Of a stretch of 28,862 nucleotides of DNA, positions 27,588-28,862 are shown in pieces. The notes below the pieces were generated by a model. It did not search any database. It saw nothing but the letters and a program-made list of their open reading frames with translations, and had not been told where the DNA came from. Where the stretch lies: assembly GCA_964457395.1 (NCBI GenBank), contig CAYWEU010000087.1, forward strand, positions 1-28,862, read 5' to 3'. The stretch comes from an uncultured Candidatus Peribacteria bacterium (GTDB lineage: Bacteria > Patescibacteriota > Gracilibacteria > Peribacterales > Peribacteraceae). Every line of letters begins with the position of its first letter. Position 1 is the first letter of the stretch. Both the position numbers and the translations under genes were made by a program.

Positions 27588-28746
27588 TTACTCAAACCAG
27601 CCAACAAAGGATGGTTCAGGTGAATGGCCACGGAGTTCTGAGAACAATCTGACCGTATTGATACCTTCGGCATCTACAGCGCTCGTCGTATCGGTAATAT
27701 CAGAGCCTTCCCACTTATCCGCAACGAGGGCAAAGTTTTGCCTGTCTTCCGAGAAAGCAACCGCGTAACCGTCGCCTAGCTTTCTCTTTGTCCCCTGTAC
27801 ATCAATGAGGTCAGCAATGTAGGTGCCTTCGTCCGCAATGGTATAGACAATCCTTCTTCCATCAAAGGATGAGAAAAAGATCGTGGTTTGATCGCGCGAT
27901 ACCAAGAGCGTTTCTTGCCCCGTTTGGACATTTTTTACTGAAAGCGCACAGGGCGCCGCGACATCACCACCACCGAAGCTGCACTTCGTATGGAACGCGA
28001 CACCGTATTCTGGGAAGAAAGCACCTGGGTCAGCTTCAAGAGGAATCATCTGATAAGACCCATCTGCTACACGAATCCGAAGTAGTTCAGTCGGAAACGC
28101 GTAGTGATCAGAATTGCAGTACGCAAATTGCTCATCTTTCCCCCATGTTGGATTGAAGCAAGTCGAAGCACGTCCCTCGCCATTATTTTTGACTGCAACC
28201 ACTTTGCCTGTATTCATATCGCGCACCATGATTGTGGTAATGCCAGTCGGCGGTAGGTAATCGTGGTAGATAAGAGTCTTGCGGCTGGGTGAGAAATAGA
28301 AGTGTGTTGATGGTGGTATGAACTTCCCTTGGACTTCTTTGCCCGCTAGGTCAATGAGTGTGCTCTGTCCGATGTCAGGCGAAATCATTATCGTTGCATC
28401 ATCGTATTGCACAATACTGGGTGCAGCGTGGTTGTTCTTCGCAGGCATGGAATAAATCATTTTGTCTGCACCAGAGCGAAGGTCACGTAGATGTACCTCG
28501 TACTCGCCTGACGATTCGTTGTATATAGCATATGCCACATGCTGCTTTGGTGAAGTTGTCGCGGTGTTTCCTATTCGCAGCCGATAAATCATCTCTGCCA
28601 TTTCGCCTCTCGTCAGCTTTGAATCAAAGCCGAAAATTGTTGCAGGAATCGCATTTCGCGACGCAAGCGCATCAACATAACCCTTGTACCAAACAGAAGA
28701 ATTGGAAGTTGCTGATAGATCAAAGGCTTTGACGGTGATTTTTCAT
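27588..28746 (-). pseudogene. SLH-motif + TolB-like beta-propeller surface protein, 5'-frameshifted or truncated (open part 27588-28601 from the internal ATG)
   Basis: Frame continues upstream of 28601 as KITVKAFDL...WYKGYVDALASRNAIP...LTRGEMAEMIYRL (SLH-like) up to an in-frame TGA. ATG 28746 is one base out of frame across an A5 run. Downstream are repeated FSP/WG/FSED propeller-like blades. No signal peptide. Confidence 0.6.
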
Positions 28747-28805
28747 ATTTAATACCCTATTACCCTCGATGGCATTTGACAAGTTGTAATTAGAGTTCTA
28801 GGTCT

Positions 28806-28862
28806 AATCGAAGATATCGACGATTCTCGAATTGATCGAAGCCATAGTTTCCTCGATTTCCT
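28806..28862. repeat. Nonamer-periodic element (GAGGAAATC family), cut by the window end
   Basis: AATCGAAGA TATCGACGA ... TTTCCTCGA TTTCCT; shares TTTCCTCGATTTC with the 18144-18216 element. Confidence 0.6.

Overview
The window is about 29 kb of bacterial chromosome in genetic code 11. Gene content and protein style suggest a Patescibacteria/CPR organism, probably Peregrinibacteria/Peribacteria-like; this is inference, not a database result. The housekeeping backbone is hisS (partial), gyrB, greA, holA, tRNA-Tyr(GTA), ftsK, rdgB, a UvrD/PcrA-type helicase fused to a PD-(D/E)xK nuclease, and rpoD. Accessory content includes a coupled three-gene surface operon (dockerin; cohesin+FN3; copper-less cupredoxin-like protein, the last two with xxxTG+TM C-terminal sorting-like tails), two tandem AT-richer RimI-like acetyltransferases, a MarR-led MacAB-type ABC exporter with two permeases, a eukaryote-type NRS/ER-like epimerase/reductase, a YgjP-like HExxH protein, and a 5'-disrupted SLH/beta-propeller gene. 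The most striking unannotated signals are: (1) about 9-10 short elements built from tandem 7-mers or 9-mers, mostly as inverted arms, overlapping stop codons and -10 boxes, with one sitting in frame inside the helicase gene; (2) an enzyme-free cohesin-dockerin operon; (3) a primary sigma factor with a C-terminal Cys4 zinc ribbon; (4) pervasive leaderless-type promoters (TAnnnT 6-10 nt before ATG). No CRISPR array, integrase or transposase is seen. All family calls come from motif recognition by eye.
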